64,000 nucleotides of DNA, from the NCBI GenBank assembly GCA_030265395.1, contig JARFYF010000002.1, forward strand, positions 42,591,086 to 42,655,085, written 5' to 3'. Shown one piece after another: positions 63,829-64,000 of the stretch. Under the pieces are notes generated by a model. The model did no database searches and was not told the DNA's origin. It saw only the letters and a program-made list of their open reading frames with translations. A program made the translations under genes and the position numbers. The DNA is from Rhina ancylostomus (taxonomy: Eukaryota). Numbering within the stretch: position 1 is the first letter of the stretch; every line of letters starts with the position of its first letter.

Positions 63829-64000
63829 TATTATACTAAAAATGGTGATAAACTGGTACATGTAAATGTACAGGGGTAGCATTGTCTGCTGGTATAGAAA
63901 ATACTTCAAGTTAATTTGCAGAAACATCAAGCAAGTGGAGAAGGAAAATATAAATACATGCAATTGCTGAGAAATTTCAACACAGAAAACAAACGTTCAG

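Larger units (their letters stand above)
62600..64000 (+). mobile_element. Decayed CR1 RT region carrying two nested inserts
   Basis: VILQKFLASRVVPKTWITANVTMLYK...NCRP, QHG, SKFADD (ccaagtttgctgatgat) and MEFNTGEYEVIHFG. Confidence 0.8.

Noticed and set aside
31700-64000. Exons of the expected syntenic neighbour ROS1 downstream (and RFX6 upstream)
   Set aside because: I recognised no kinase or RFX-like peptide in the ORF track or by reading. Short exons could be missed; BLASTX would settle it.

Overview
Vertebrate genomic DNA from a gapped draft assembly with many N-runs. The repeat content (V-SINEs, Deu-domain SINEs, CR1, L2, RTE, Tx1 and Penelope-like elements) points to a cartilaginous fish; this is inference. 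I can support one host protein-coding gene, vestigial-like family member 2 (VGLL2), on the + strand. Its coding exons are 18665-18745, 19428-19716 (TONDU domain) and 21414-21887, followed by two alternative terminal coding segments: 27500-27543 (GLAHQEKNKDLYWF*) and 27645-27685 (ARRYSLCGGSLLS*). The gene lies in a TE-poor, CpG-retaining domain of about 18-31.5 kb, with a separate CpG-retaining island at about 7.1-9.2 kb. The rest is decayed transposons and unique non-coding DNA. Most notable are the two VGLL2 C-termini, decayed minimal hammerhead ribozymes in Penelope-type terminal repeats, TG...CA solo-LTR-like elements with exact target-site duplications, several nested insertions and candidate enhancers. 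I found no convincing wholly new system. All family assignments come from recalled motifs, not database searches, and repeat boundaries are approximate unless a TSD fixes them.
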